In this document: positions 20,981-31,930 of the stretch, piece by piece
Layout of the letters: each line of letters begins with the position of its first letter
Numbering within the stretch: position 1 is the first letter of the stretch
Origin: Spirochaetia bacterium
GTDB taxonomy: Bacteria; Spirochaetota; Spirochaetia; CADAEX01
DNA: 64,000 nt
Reading direction: 5' to 3'
Assembly (NCBI GenBank): GCA_963662795.1
Contig: OY759746.1
Location: forward strand, 3,104,001-3,168,000
The notes under the pieces: generated by a model
The model's input: only the letters and a program-made list of their open reading frames with translations
Told to the model about the DNA's origin: nothing
Databases searched by the model: none
Translations under genes and position numbers: made by a program

Positions 20981-22547
20981 AAATGCGGAAGATATTAAAG
21001 GTGAAATCCCGATTGAAGAAGTAAGGCGCTGCATAAAAATACTTGAAAATCTTGCAGCGGATTCCAGCTGGATTCACAGCCTTACTGATGAAGAGAGAAT
21101 AGCTTTTATGTCTGCTGCTGGTAAGATATCAAGGCCGGACAGGGAAGAGATAAAAAAAAGAAACAGGGAAAAGGAAAAAATTGAAAGAAGCAGGGTAGTG
21201 TTAAAGGAAAAAAAAGCACGGGGCCTCACCGGAATACGGAGCGCGAGAAAGGAGGCGGTATTTAAAGCGCCGCTTCAGATTGCAGGAATAAGCAATGGGA
21301 TAAATGAGGAAGAGCGGGTTTTAAACTCGCCGCGGAATTGCTATATCTGCAAGGCTGAGTTTACAAAACTTCATTTTTTCTATGATACGCTATGCCCTCA
21401 TTGTGCGGAATTCAATTACAGCAAGCGCTTCCAGAGTGCGCCGCTTGATGGTAAAGTAGTTCTCATAACAGGCGCACGGGTCAAGATCGGGTATCAGGCT
21501 GTCCTGATGATGCTCCGCGCGGGCGCGCTTGTAATAGCCGCGACAAGATTTCCGGTTGATGCCGCGCTGCGTTATTCAAAAGAGAATGATTTTTTAAAGT
21601 GGAAAGATCGTCTTCATATCTACGGGCTTGACCTTCGTCATACACCGAGCGTTGAAATATTTGCCGGTTTTATCGAACAGAACTATGAGAGGCTTGATAT
21701 ACTTATAAATAACGCGGCGCAGACAGTAAGGCGCCCGCCCGGATTTTACGCGCACCTGCTTGAGAACGAGGAAAAAGGGATTGACGCACTTCCTTCCGGG
21801 GCGGAAGGGCTCCTTGCCGGCTACAGAAAATGCATGGATATATTAAATACGCAAAGCCGCCTCAATTCACCGCCGGGGGATTTATCCCCTTCAGTTATTC
21901 CATCTGCAGCTTCCTGGAACAGCAGAATGCCGGGGATAGGAATCCGTTCTTCAGCAAAACTTTCGCAGATTCCCTATTCGCATGATGAGGAACATTCGGT
22001 TGAAAAGGTTTTTCCGCATGGTGAGCTTGACGCGGATCTTCAGCAGAGAGACCTCCGTACTGTAAACAGCTGGAGGCTCCCTCTCGGTAAAATACACACA
22101 TCAGAGATGATTGAAGTCCAGCTTGTAAACGCGATTGCCCCGTTCGTACTCTGCAACCGGCTGGCCCCTTTCATGAAAAAGGATTATACAGGGCAGAAGC
22201 ATATTGTAAATGTCTCGGCGATGGAGGGTAAATTCCTGAGGTTTAAAAAGGATGAAAGGCATCCCCACACCAACATGGCAAAGGCGGCGCTAAACATGCT
22301 TACTCACACATCAGCCGGCGAACTTGCAAGGCACGGCATCTATATGAACGCGGTTGATACAGGCTGGGTAACTGATGAAGACCCTGCGGCACTTGCCGCT
22401 CTCAAGCAGGAACTGCATGATTTTCAGCCTCCTCTTGATATTGTAGACGGCGCGGCAAGGGTGTGTGATCCTTTCTTTGACGGAATCCTTACCGGAAAAC
22501 ACTGGTGCGGACAGTTTTTAAAGGATTATTTCCCGATAGACTGGTAA
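20973..22547 (+). CDS. Extended SDR-family oxidoreductase with N-terminal Zn-finger-like CxxC pair
   Basis: CYICK...[31 protein letters not shown] and VDTGW; overlaps the ABC-F stop. Confidence 0.85.
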   Translation: MSENAEDIKGEIPIEEVRRCIKILENLAADSSWIHSLTDEERIAFMSAAGKISRPDREEIKKRNREKEKIERSRVVLKEKKARGLTGIRSARKEAVFKAPLQIAGISNGINEEERVLNSPRNCYICKAEFTKLHFFYDTLCPHCAEFNYSKRFQSAPLDGKVVLITGARVKIGYQAVLMMLRAGALVIAATRFPVDAALRYSKENDFLKWKDRLHIYGLDLRHTPSVEIFAGFIEQNYERLDILINNAAQTVRRPPGFYAHLLENEEKGIDALPSGAEGLLAGYRKCMDILNTQSRLNSPPGDLSPSVIPSAASWNSRMPGIGIRSSAKLSQIPYSHDEEHSVEKVFPHGELDADLQQRDLRTVNSWRLPLGKIHTSEMIEVQLVNAIAPFVLCNRLAPFMKKDYTGQKHIVNVSAMEGKFLRFKKDERHPHTNMAKAALNMLTHTSAGELARHGIYMNAVDTGWVTDEDPAALAALKQELHDFQPPLDIVDGAARVCDPFFDGILTGKHWCGQFLKDYFPIDW

Positions 22548-22599
22548 TGTGCCAGCTTAACTGTGCTCATCCCCTGCCTCTGTTGAAACTCAAAGTATC

Positions 22600-23214
22600 T
22601 CAGGCCAGCCAGGGCATCTCAGCTTTTATCCTTTTTTCGTAACCTGTAATATCTTTTTCAAACTGCAGTGTCCATCCTATCTGATCAAGGCCGTTCAAAA
22701 GACAATACTTGCTGAAATCCCTTATGTCAAAACTGTATTTTTTCCCTGATGGAGTTGATAAAGTCTGTCTCTCAAGATCTGCGGTAAACCTGATACCGGG
22801 AGACTCTACTGCTTCAGAGAAAAGCTCATCAACTTCTTCTGTTTTTAATCTGATAAGGAGTATCCCGTTTTTGATGCAGTTGTTGTAAAAAATATCCGCG
22901 AAAGAGGGGGCAGCAATTACACGGAATCCATAGTCTTCAAGAGCCCACGGAGCGTGCTCCCTGCTTGAGCCGCATCCGAAATTATCGCGTGCAAGGAGTA
23001 TGGATGCATTCCGGTACTCCTGTTTGTTAAGCACAAAATCAGGGTTCTCTTTTGTCCCGTCATAATCCGTAAACCGCCATTCGTGAAAAAGATGTTTGCC
23101 GAAACCGGTCCTTTCAATTTTTCTCAGAAACTGTTTCGGGATAATGGCATCTGTATCGACATTTACACGGTCAAGAGGAGCCGCGATTCCTGTATGATTT
23201 ATAAATGGTTTCAT
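22600..23214 (-). CDS. leuD: 3-isopropylmalate dehydratase small subunit
   Basis: [28 protein letters not shown] and SFADIFYNN. Confidence 0.96.
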   Translation of the reverse strand: MKPFINHTGIAAPLDRVNVDTDAIIPKQFLRKIERTGFGKHLFHEWRFTDYDGTKENPDFVLNKQEYRNASILLARDNFGCGSSREHAPWALEDYGFRVIAAPSFADIFYNNCIKNGILLIRLKTEEVDELFSEAVESPGIRFTADLERQTLSTPSGKKYSFDIRDFSKYCLLNGLDQIGWTLQFEKDITGYEKRIKAEMPWLA

Positions 23215-24623
23215 TTCGATTTCCTTTTAAATTCCCTGACATCGGTAAGTTTTCCGGTAAGCGCGGCAGCAGCAGCCATTTCGGGACTCATCAGATGAGT
23301 GCGGCCTCCAGGGCCCTGCCTCCCCTCAAAGTTGCGGTTGCTTGATGACGCGCACCTCTCTCCCTTTTTAAGCTGGTCATCATTCATCCCGAGGCACATT
23401 GAACAGCCCGCATACCTCCAGTCAAGACCGGCAGCCCTGAAAACCTTATCCAGCCCTTCCTCTTCCGCCTGATGCCGGATCGGCTCTGAAGCCGGGACAA
23501 CTATTGCCTCTACATCCGGATGGACTTTTTTCCCTTCTACAATTGCGGCCGCCGCGCGGAGGTCCTCGATCCGGCCGTTTGTGCAGGACCCGATAAAAAC
23601 CTTGTCAACTTTTATATCGCACATCCTTGTCCCCGGTTTTAAATCCATATAGGTAAGGGCGTTTTTAGCCGCAGTCTGCTGTGCGTGGGATGAAAAACTC
23701 ATCGGGTCAGGAACCGACCCGTCAATTGATGTAACCTGTCCAGGGCTTGTTCCCCATGTAACCTGCGGTTTAATATCAGCCGCATTAATATTTACAACCC
23801 TGTCAAAATGTGCCCCCTGATCGCCCGGAAGGGTTTTCCAGTATTTTACCGCCTTTTCCCAGTCCTCTCCTTTCGGGGCAAATCTGCGCCCTTTCATGTA
23901 TTTAAAGGTTGTCCCGTCAGGGGCAATCATTCCGGCCCGGGCACCTGCTTCGATACTCATATTGCATATAGTCATTCTCCCTTCCATGGAGAGGGACCTT
24001 ATTGTGGTTCCAGCGTATTCAATAACATAACCCGTGCCCCCTGCTGTGCCGATAAGGCCTATAATAAAAAGTATTATATCTTTGGGTGTAACTCCGAATC
24101 CGCATTCTCCATCAACGCTGATCAGCATTGACTTTGCCTTTGTCTGCTGAAGTGTCTGGGTCGCGAGGACATGCTCAACCTCTGAGGTCCCGATTCCGAA
24201 TGCGAGGGCCCCGAATGCGCCGTGGGTTGCGGTATGGGAATCCCCGCAGACAATAACCATTCCCGGCTGCGTAAGCCCGAGCTCAGGGCCGATAGCGTGT
24301 ACTATACCCTGGTTCTGATGTGACCAGTCATAAAGGGTAATGCCGAACTCGCTGCAGTTGTCTGTGAGTTTCTGCATCTGTATCCGCGATGTTTCTTCCA
24401 TCAGGGAGAAGTCTTTTGTTCTTGTCGAAACATTGTGGTCCATTGTAGCAAAAGTTTTCTCAGGGGCCCGTACTTTCCTTCCGTTTAACCGGATACCGTC
24501 AAAGGCCTGGGGACTTGTTACCTCGTGGACCAGGTGGCGGTCTACATATATAATTGAAGTCTCGCTCTCGCTTTCATGCACAAGATGCGATTCCCATATC
24601 CTGTCATACATGGTTTTTAACAT
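23211..24623 (-). CDS. leuC: 3-isopropylmalate dehydratase large subunit
   Basis: [42 protein letters not shown] and [10 protein letters not shown]. Confidence 0.97.
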   Translation of the reverse strand: MLKTMYDRIWESHLVHESESETSIIYVDRHLVHEVTSPQAFDGIRLNGRKVRAPEKTFATMDHNVSTRTKDFSLMEETSRIQMQKLTDNCSEFGITLYDWSHQNQGIVHAIGPELGLTQPGMVIVCGDSHTATHGAFGALAFGIGTSEVEHVLATQTLQQTKAKSMLISVDGECGFGVTPKDIILFIIGLIGTAGGTGYVIEYAGTTIRSLSMEGRMTICNMSIEAGARAGMIAPDGTTFKYMKGRRFAPKGEDWEKAVKYWKTLPGDQGAHFDRVVNINAADIKPQVTWGTSPGQVTSIDGSVPDPMSFSSHAQQTAAKNALTYMDLKPGTRMCDIKVDKVFIGSCTNGRIEDLRAAAAIVEGKKVHPDVEAIVVPASEPIRHQAEEEGLDKVFRAAGLDWRYAGCSMCLGMNDDQLKKGERCASSSNRNFEGRQGPGGRTHLMSPEMAAAAALTGKLTDVREFKRKSK

Positions 24624-24690
24624 ATTATACTCCTTGAAATGCAGTATAAATTATACCGATACTTCAGAGATTTTTCCTGAATAATTTTAA

Positions 24691-25620
24691 TTATTTTTCT
24701 GCTTTTTTTAATGCGGCTATCAGGCCGCCCCCGATTATCAGTATTCCTCCTATAATATGGGGTATCCCTGTTTTTTCTCCAAGAAACAGGAATCCCAAAA
24801 GCGCCCCGTATAGGGGAATGGTGTTATAGTAAACCATGGCGCCGCCTGCGCCTAAAAGCCCTACGCCTACATTCCAGCTGAAAAACCCGAGCGCGGCCGG
24901 AACAATTCCTATATAAAGGACAATAAGCGCAAGTTTCATGCCTGGAATAACAGGAACTGATTTAAGTTCCACAAACGCAGCCGCGATAAGGAAGGGAAGC
25001 CCCAGAAAAATGCTGAGCGCGGTAGCGGAAAGGGGAGATCGTTTTTTCATCGTCTTTCTTCCCGCAACTGAATAGAGGGACCAGATTGCAACAGCAAGGA
25101 TAATCAGCAAGTCCCCGGGGTTAAATACGGCATTTCTGAAAAATTTCAGCGAAGCCCCGGAAATAAGAACTGCTACTCCTGTAAAGGCGAAAACCGATCC
25201 CGCAAGCTGCCGTCCTGTCAAGGGTTCCCTGATAAGCAATGAGGCGAAAATTGCTGTGAGTATCGGGCCAAGTCCGTTTATCAGGGTGCTGTTGACAGCT
25301 GTTGTAAACCTTAATCCAGTATATAAAACCGGCGCAAAGAGGATAACACCGGTTAAGGCCATGGCAGCAAGAAGAGGGAAGTCTTTTCCGAAGCTTTTCT
25401 CTTCTTTCGGGAGCTTTCGTAAAACAAATGCGAAAATTACCGCCGCAATGATATTTCTTGCAGCTGTAAGTGTCAGCGGCCCGATTGATTCCCTGATATA
25501 GCGACCCAGTATCATGTTTGTTGTCCATGCGAATGTGGCTATGTTTACAAACAGGATCCCTTTGACAGTATCGCTTTTAATTTTCAGTTTTGCAGTTAAT
25601 GTTTTCCTGTACTTCAACAA
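24691..25620 (-). CDS. DMT/EamA family transporter
   Basis: About 10 hydrophobic segments in two EamA-like repeats (LIREPL; LFLGEK). Probable TTG start at 25620 after GGGAGAGG, shorter than the ORF-track call. Confidence 0.88.
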   Translation of the reverse strand: MLKYRKTLTAKLKIKSDTVKGILFVNIATFAWTTNMILGRYIRESIGPLTLTAARNIIAAVIFAFVLRKLPKEEKSFGKDFPLLAAMALTGVILFAPVLYTGLRFTTAVNSTLINGLGPILTAIFASLLIREPLTGRQLAGSVFAFTGVAVLISGASLKFFRNAVFNPGDLLIILAVAIWSLYSVAGRKTMKKRSPLSATALSIFLGLPFLIAAAFVELKSVPVIPGMKLALIVLYIGIVPAALGFFSWNVGVGLLGAGGAMVYYNTIPLYGALLGFLFLGEKTGIPHIIGGILIIGGGLIAALKKAEK

Positions 25621-25773
25621 TATGCCTCTCCCGATACGATAACTGTTCAGATTCCTGCTGTCAACAGTTTTACAGTCTTGACATTTGCCTCCGCCTGCAG
25701 GGTCCGAATAATAAAAAGTTTGACAACCGGTATTGTCCATCATATTCTGGAATTGTATCAGATGGAGGATAAT

Positions 25774-26250
25774 ATGAAATATATTGCTTTGTGTTTTGTT
25801 TTATTTTTCTCTGTTTTTCCGCTTTCCGCAATGGATTATGGTCTTCAGATGTCAAGTGATTCAACTTTCGGTATTATTGTATATGCCGATACCTTCGAGG
25901 TGTCTGTAAAGGGTCAGGCCATGCTGCATGACTCTGATGCTCCTGAATCCGATGACACGCTGATCCTCGGAGCTCACGCAGGTTACCTGATAAATCTGGG
26001 GAATGAAAAAAGCTCTGTAAGCATCGGGTTTGACGGCAGGGTTGGCTTAAGCCTCGGCGATGTTACATACGAGCAGTATATTGATGCCGGTCCCAGGCTG
26101 GCTTTAAATCATCGCTTGAATGAACACTTTATGGTATCAGGCATTGTTTTCCCTTTCTGGCTGCAGGTGAGGGAAACAGATGCGGCTGACAGCTTTAATC
26201 TCACAGCCACAATACCTTCAGCGGCAGTGTCGGCCGCGTTTTTCTTTTAA
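25774..26250 (+). CDS. Secreted protein, probable small outer-membrane beta-barrel
   Basis: GGAGG RBS, ATG 25774, cleavable signal peptide (PLSA), alternating hydrophobic beta-strand pattern and C-terminal Phe. Confidence 0.6.
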   Translation: MKYIALCFVLFFSVFPLSAMDYGLQMSSDSTFGIIVYADTFEVSVKGQAMLHDSDAPESDDTLILGAHAGYLINLGNEKSSVSIGFDGRVGLSLGDVTYEQYIDAGPRLALNHRLNEHFMVSGIVFPFWLQVRETDAADSFNLTATIPSAAVSAAFFF

Positions 26251-26364
26251 TAAAAATATAATCGAGAAAATGTTTCAGTTATATTATTCAAGCTGAATGT
26301 TTTATTGGAAGACTTATTCCCACGATATTTATTCCGGTAATCCAGCTGTTCCCTGTCGAGGCAC

Positions 26365-26880
26365 TCAGGGTATTTCAAGATGCGCAGGATCATCTTTACT
26401 TTGTGTCACTTTCCATCCGAGGTTTTCAGCGTCAGTAAGATCGGCAGCTATCTTTTCAATCGGGAGTTTCATGTAGCGCCCTTTGGCCGTAATTGCAATG
26501 CTCCCGTCGGGAAGGATAATCTCTCCGGTCCCTTCAAAGAAACGGCTGTTTTCAGATACAATCCGTCCGACTGCTGTAAGTTCAACCCCCAGGGGTATGG
26601 GTTTTCTGTATTTAAGTGATATATCGACAGTAACTCCCCATACGGTTTTTCCTGAAGGGACTGCGATTGCCCGTCCGATTGTTTCATCAAGGATTGAGGC
26701 TGCAATCCCTCCGTGAAGCCTCCCCGGGTATCCCTGATGCTCGTCCCTTGCCGTGAATCTGGCTGCAAGCTCCCCGTTTTCAAGTGAGTAAAATGAGGTT
26801 TTTAATCCCAATGCATTTTCGAGTCCGCAGATAAAGCACATTCTCGAGTTTTCCTGTTTTCCGGTTACAACGTGTTTCAT
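26365..26880 (-). CDS. PaaI-family (hotdog fold) thioesterase
   Basis: CFICGLENALGL and HQGYPGRLHGGIAASILDE. Confidence 0.9.
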   Translation of the reverse strand: MKHVVTGKQENSRMCFICGLENALGLKTSFYSLENGELAARFTARDEHQGYPGRLHGGIAASILDETIGRAIAVPSGKTVWGVTVDISLKYRKPIPLGVELTAVGRIVSENSRFFEGTGEIILPDGSIAITAKGRYMKLPIEKIAADLTDAENLGWKVTQSKDDPAHLEIP

Positions 26881-27022
26881 GATTTTATTCTACTAAAAAC
26901 TTCTGTAAAACAAAAGAATATATTTATGTAAAACTTGTGTAAATTGTACCTCAAAACAGATTCAGATATTTGATTTCCCCAATGGCAGGGATTAGGTTTA
27001 TTGGTGAGGCAATTAATTAAAA

Positions 27023-28510
27023 ATGAAAATACTGCTTATCTATCCTGAATTTCCTGAAACTTTCTGGAGTTTTACCCGGGCTTTGAAGTTTGTATCCAAG
27101 AAATCCGCTATTCCCCCTCTTGGGCTGCTCACAGTCGCGTCAATGCTCCCTGATGACTGGGAGCTCTCTCTCATCGATATGAACGTTAATCACCTGAAAA
27201 AAAAATCTCTTGAAGGTGTTGATTATGTATTTATAAGCGCAATGTCTGTCCAGAGACAGTCAGCACTTGATATAATTGAAATCTGCATCAGGGAAGGGGT
27301 AAAAGTTGTTGCCGGAGGCCCTCTTTTTACAACCAGCTACATGGAATTCCCGGGTGTTGACCATTTTGTCCTTAATGAAGCTGAAATTACACTGCCGGAA
27401 TTTCTCTTTGATCTCGCAAATGGAACTCCGCGGCATCTTTATAAGAGCGGAAGCTGGGCTGATGTCACAAAAACACCGTCACCTGACTTAAAGCTGCTTA
27501 AGATAAAAAAATATGCTTCCATGTCTCTTCAATATTCACGCGGATGTCCCTTTAACTGTGATTTTTGCGATATTACCCTTCTTTACGGCAGAAAAGTCCG
27601 GATTAAAAAGACTGAACAGGTGATCAGGGAGCTTGAAAATCTTTATCATCTCGGCTGGCGGGAGAATGTTTTTTTTGTTGATGACAACTTTATAGGCAAC
27701 AGGCAGATTCTAAAAAATGAAGCTCTTCCTGCAATAGCAGGATGGATGAAAAAGAGGAAATACCCTTTTTCATTCAATACACAGGCCTCCATCAATATTG
27801 CGGATGATGATGAACTGATGAGGCTGATGGTTGATGCCGGTTTTGAGAAGGTTTTTATAGGAATTGAGACACCCAATGAAGAGAGCCTTATTGAATGTTC
27901 CAAAATGCAGAATAAAGGGCGGGACATGGTGTCCTGTATTAAAAAAATACAGCGCTCCGGTATGGAGGTCCAGGGGGGATTTATCGTCGGGTTTGACAGC
28001 GATCCTAAAACTATCTTTGATGACCAGATAAGGTTTATACAGAAAAGCGGAATAGTTACCGCAATGGTGGGGCTGCTTGAAGCTCTTAAGGGAACAGATC
28101 TTTATAAGAGGCTTGACAGGGAAAACCGGCTTTTAGGTGAAGAGACAGGGGACAATACTGACTGCTCTATTAATTTTATACCTAAAATGGATTTAAACGA
28201 GCTTGTGGAAGGATATAAAAGGATTGTTTCTAGTATATATTCTCCTAAATACTATTACTACCGGATCAGGGATTTTCTTAAAGAGTATAATCCCCCAAGA
28301 AAGAAGTTTTTCAGGTTTAAGCCTGTTCATTTTTTGACAATATTTAAAACAACATTTTACCTGGGCGTAATAGGAAAAGAGAGGCTTTATTACTGGAAAC
28401 TGATGCTGTGGACTATATTCAGACATCCCGGCTATTTTCCTCTTGCCACAACCCTGGCAATCTACGGATTTCATCACAGAAAGATATCAGAGCTGTATAT
28501 AGCCGGATAA
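27023..28510 (+). CDS. B12-binding radical SAM protein (DUF4070-type)
   Basis: PPLGLLTVA, VAGGP, SRGCPFNCDFC (CxxxCxxC), FVDDNF and GFIVGFDSD. Confidence 0.9.
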   Translation: MKILLIYPEFPETFWSFTRALKFVSKKSAIPPLGLLTVASMLPDDWELSLIDMNVNHLKKKSLEGVDYVFISAMSVQRQSALDIIEICIREGVKVVAGGPLFTTSYMEFPGVDHFVLNEAEITLPEFLFDLANGTPRHLYKSGSWADVTKTPSPDLKLLKIKKYASMSLQYSRGCPFNCDFCDITLLYGRKVRIKKTEQVIRELENLYHLGWRENVFFVDDNFIGNRQILKNEALPAIAGWMKKRKYPFSFNTQASINIADDDELMRLMVDAGFEKVFIGIETPNEESLIECSKMQNKGRDMVSCIKKIQRSGMEVQGGFIVGFDSDPKTIFDDQIRFIQKSGIVTAMVGLLEALKGTDLYKRLDRENRLLGEETGDNTDCSINFIPKMDLNELVEGYKRIVSSIYSPKYYYYRIRDFLKEYNPPRKKFFRFKPVHFLTIFKTTFYLGVIGKERLYYWKLMLWTIFRHPGYFPLATTLAIYGFHHRKISELYIAG

Positions 28511-28608
28511 AAATTCGACATGTGATTGAGGATTTCCTCCCCCTTTTTGAAATATAAAAAATATTGTTAATACCTCATGAAAAATATATCGATAATTACA
28601 TATAAAAA

Positions 28609-28666
28609 GCTCCATATATAGCGTAAAAAGCTTGTAAGACTGGTGAATATACGCTATATTTATTTT
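28609..28666 (+). promoter_or_regulatory. Tandem NrdR boxes upstream of nrdJ
   Basis: gctCCATATATAGCGt (28609) and acgCTATATTTATTt (28651) resemble acaCwAtATaTwGtg, are 42 bp apart and precede an RNR gene. Confidence 0.6.
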
Positions 28667-28688
28667 CTGCGAAAAATGGGAGGGAAAA

Positions 28689-30953
28689 ATGGGCAGTATA
28701 ATATGGGAACAAAAGATAAGCGGTGAAATATTTAAATCAAAATATATGCTTCAGGGCGAGTCATCTCCTGAAGAGGTTTTTAAAGGGATTGCACAGGAAA
28801 TAGCTTCTGCGGAGAAGCCTGAGAAGAGGGCTAAAATTGAAAAACTATTCCATGATCAGATGATAAGCGGAAAACTTATTCCGGCAGGGAGAATTCTCGC
28901 AAATGCCAGGCCGGACAGCCCCATGAAGAACTACAACAACTGTTTTACAATAGATGTCGAGGATTCTATGATCAGCATTTACGATTCCCTGAAAGAGGAT
29001 GCGCTGATAAGCAAGATGGGAGGCGGAGTCGGTTTTGACATTTCAAAATTAAGGCCCAAGGGGGAAAGGCTTTCAGGAGGAGGGCAGTCATCCGGTGTTG
29101 TCTCATTTCTTCGGATTTTTGACCAGTCTGCAAAGACAATCGTAACTGGAGGGCAGAGAAGGTCTGCCCACATTGCGCTTCTTGATGTTTCCCATCCTGA
29201 TATCGAAGAGTTTATAACGGCAAAGCAGGGCGACAGGAACAAGGAATTAACGCAGTTTAACATTTCAGTAAAGATATCTGATGATTTTATTAAAGCGGTT
29301 GAGGAGGGCAAAGACTGGGACCTTCTCTTTGGCGGAAGGGTTTATAAGACAGTGAAGGCAGAATACCTTTATAACCTGCTTGCCAAAAATGCGTTTATCC
29401 ACAACGAGCCCGGCATATTCAACAAGGATCATGTCGAAAAATACAATAACGGATACTGGGCTTTCAAAATGGACCGGGTTAACCCCTGCGGCGAGCTTGT
29501 AATGCCGCCCTATTCGCTCTGCTGCCTTTCTGCGGTAAATCTTTCAAAGTTTGTAGAATATCCGTTTACAGACAGGGCTGAATTCGATTTTGCAGGATTC
29601 AGGGAGACAGTCGCCGCCGGTATAAGGTTTCTCGACAATGTGCTTGACAAAACTGAATACCCGCTTGAAAAAATTGAGGTATTCTCCAAACAGTGGCGGC
29701 GGATCGGGCTCGGATTTACCGCGCTCGGCGATGTGTTTGCCATGATGAAGATGAAATACGGCGATGAAGACTCCCTTAAACTTGCCGGTGAAATTGCCGG
29801 AACAATGCGGGATACTTCCTATATTGCCAGTGCGCAGCTCGCCGAAGAGAAAGGGCCATTTCCCGCATGTGACATCAGGAAGCTGCTTGAAGCCTCATTT
29901 ATCAAAGAACTTCCCGATAATATAAGGGATAAAATAAGTATATCAGGGCTACGTAATATCCAGCTTAATACTGTTGCGCCGACCGGTACCACATCGCTGT
30001 CAGTCGGGCAGAACTGCTCATCCGGCATAGAACCGATTTTTGCCCTTCAGTACGACAGGAATATCAGAACAGGGGTTGAAAATGAAACAAGAACAGAGAC
30101 TGTATATGATTATGCATGGCTGAAATATCTCGAAATTGCAAAAACGGAAGGATTAAAAAGCGAAGGGAAAGTAACTGCACCGGATTATTTTGTTACAACC
30201 ATGGATATAGACCCTGTAAAATCAATTGATATACAGGCTGTTATACAAAAGTATATTGACCACAGCATTTCTAAAACTCTTAATCTTCCTCCGGGGACCA
30301 CATTTGAAACATACAAGAACCTGTTTATGTATGCATATAAAAAAGGTCTTAAAGGTTTTACAAGCTTCAACCCGGACGGCAGCATGAAGGGGATTCTCGA
30401 ATACAGCGGAAGCAGTCAGACAATCAAGAGAATTCTTGCTCCAAAAAGGCCGCAGGACCTTCCCTGCGATATTCACCAGATTAATATAAAAGGAAAAAAA
30501 TATATAGTTGTAACTGGAATTCTTAACGGCAGCCTTTATGAAATATTTGTAATTGATGATCCTGATGATCATATTGATCTAAGAAAATACGCTCACGGCA
30601 TTGTCCGCAAGGCAGGGTCCGGCGTTTATAACCTTATAGTTGAATCAGGACCGGTTGAAGCTGTTTTAAAGAATTTTACAAGAACTTTTGATTCGCCTAA
30701 TGCATCACTCGCAAGGTTTATTTCCATGGCCCTGAGGCACGGAACACCGCTTCAGTTTATTGTTGACCAGCTTTCAAAAGACACAAATTTTCAGGATTTT
30801 GAGCGGGTTATCTCACGTGTCCTTAAAAAGTATATTGTCGACGGCGAAGAGGTAATTACCGGAAGTAAGAAATGCGATGACTGCGGAGGAGCCCTTGTCT
30901 TCAGGGACGGATGTGTAACCTGCTCTGAATGCGGCTGGAGCAAATGTACGTAA
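28689..30953 (+). CDS. nrdJ: Adenosylcobalamin-dependent (class II) ribonucleotide reductase
   Basis: PAGRILAN, NNCF, GGGVGFDISKLRP, NPCGE, RRIGLG, VAPTGTTS, SSGIEP and SISKTLN; C-terminal Cys cluster CDDCG...CVTCSECGWSKC; no R2 gene nearby. Confidence 0.9.
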   Translation: MGSIIWEQKISGEIFKSKYMLQGESSPEEVFKGIAQEIASAEKPEKRAKIEKLFHDQMISGKLIPAGRILANARPDSPMKNYNNCFTIDVEDSMISIYDSLKEDALISKMGGGVGFDISKLRPKGERLSGGGQSSGVVSFLRIFDQSAKTIVTGGQRRSAHIALLDVSHPDIEEFITAKQGDRNKELTQFNISVKISDDFIKAVEEGKDWDLLFGGRVYKTVKAEYLYNLLAKNAFIHNEPGIFNKDHVEKYNNGYWAFKMDRVNPCGELVMPPYSLCCLSAVNLSKFVEYPFTDRAEFDFAGFRETVAAGIRFLDNVLDKTEYPLEKIEVFSKQWRRIGLGFTALGDVFAMMKMKYGDEDSLKLAGEIAGTMRDTSYIASAQLAEEKGPFPACDIRKLLEASFIKELPDNIRDKISISGLRNIQLNTVAPTGTTSLSVGQNCSSGIEPIFALQYDRNIRTGVENETRTETVYDYAWLKYLEIAKTEGLKSEGKVTAPDYFVTTMDIDPVKSIDIQAVIQKYIDHSISKTLNLPPGTTFETYKNLFMYAYKKGLKGFTSFNPDGSMKGILEYSGSSQTIKRILAPKRPQDLPCDIHQINIKGKKYIVVTGILNGSLYEIFVIDDPDDHIDLRKYAHGIVRKAGSGVYNLIVESGPVEAVLKNFTRTFDSPNASLARFISMALRHGTPLQFIVDQLSKDTNFQDFERVISRVLKKYIVDGEEVITGSKKCDDCGGALVFRDGCVTCSECGWSKCT

Positions 30954-31057
30954 TATTTATAATATTATACTATTTTAATATGATTTTTAACTGAAATATA
31001 TGTACATTTTAAAGGTAATATGGCAATATAAGATTATAAAACTATAGGAGAAATAGG

Positions 31058-31792
31058 ATGTTTAAGAGAATAATTGTTGTTCTTGCTGTGCTTGCTTTGA
31101 TCATATCATGCTCAGGCGGTAAAAACGAAGAAATGACTCCGGGAAAAGGCCTTTCCCTTGGACTTGGAAATGCTCCGATTTTCCGCGTAGGCCCTGGAAA
31201 GGATTCTGCAGGAACACAGGTTTACAGCTTTACCTATGTACAGGCTGCGGTAGTATTTGATGCTGACGGAAAAATAGCTGATCTTGAGATTGATGAACTT
31301 GAAGTAAGCACCCCGAACTATGACGGCGCTTCAATGCCGCATTTTTCAGGCTGGCCCGGGAGTCCTGAACCCAATTTTACTAATCATGAGACAGAAAAGG
31401 TTGACGGAAAAGCACCCACTACAGTTGAGGCAATTTCCGCTGAAGTTGAAGACTGGAAAACAAAGAGAGACCGTGGCGATTCATACGGCATGAATAAAAC
31501 CAGCGACTGGTGGAAACAGATGGACGGCTGGGAGAAACAGTTTATTGGTAAAACTGTTGATGAGGCTGAAGCATTCTATGCCAAATATACAAATGATAAA
31601 AACGGCAGACCGCTGAATGCTGAATCCAAAGATGCTGCTGAAAAGGCAAAATACGATGCATTAAGCGATGCGGACAAGAAGATAGTTGCCGATGTAAGAT
31701 CAGGCGCTACAATGAGCATCAATGATGCACACGGATATGTTCTTAAAGCTATCAGGGATGCATGGAACAAGAAAAAAGCTATCGGCGGCTGA
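31058..31792 (+). CDS. Lipoprotein with putative FMN-binding/flavinylation motif
   Basis: Lipobox IISC; TKRDRGDSYGM, W.KQMD..E..F.GKT and C-terminal DVRSGAT motif. Confidence 0.7.
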   Translation: MFKRIIVVLAVLALIISCSGGKNEEMTPGKGLSLGLGNAPIFRVGPGKDSAGTQVYSFTYVQAAVVFDADGKIADLEIDELEVSTPNYDGASMPHFSGWPGSPEPNFTNHETEKVDGKAPTTVEAISAEVEDWKTKRDRGDSYGMNKTSDWWKQMDGWEKQFIGKTVDEAEAFYAKYTNDKNGRPLNAESKDAAEKAKYDALSDADKKIVADVRSGATMSINDAHGYVLKAIRDAWNKKKAIGG

Positions 31793-31815
31793 TAAAATAA
31801 CTGCCTGATTAAAAC

Positions 31816-31849
31816 AAGGGGGGACCATCAGATTGGATCCCCCTTTTTT
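31816..31849 (+). terminator. Rho-independent terminator
   Basis: AAGGGGGGACCA-loop-TGGATCCCCCTT followed by a T-run. Confidence 0.7.
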
Positions 31850-31930
31850 AATACCGTCATTTTTTTAAGATTGACGAACAGGGAAAATATTGAGATATTA
31901 ATGTCATACATTATATAAGGAGAACAAAAA

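Noticed and set aside
25621-25773. Overlapping N-terminal extensions of the DMT and beta-barrel ORFs
   Set aside because: Both genes have good RBS-linked downstream starts (25620 and 25774); the interval is a divergent promoter region.
26881-27022. Cobalamin riboswitch upstream of the B12-dependent genes
   Set aside because: The region is short and AT-rich and lacks the conserved GGGAA and GCCACTG elements; the same holds for 28511-28688.
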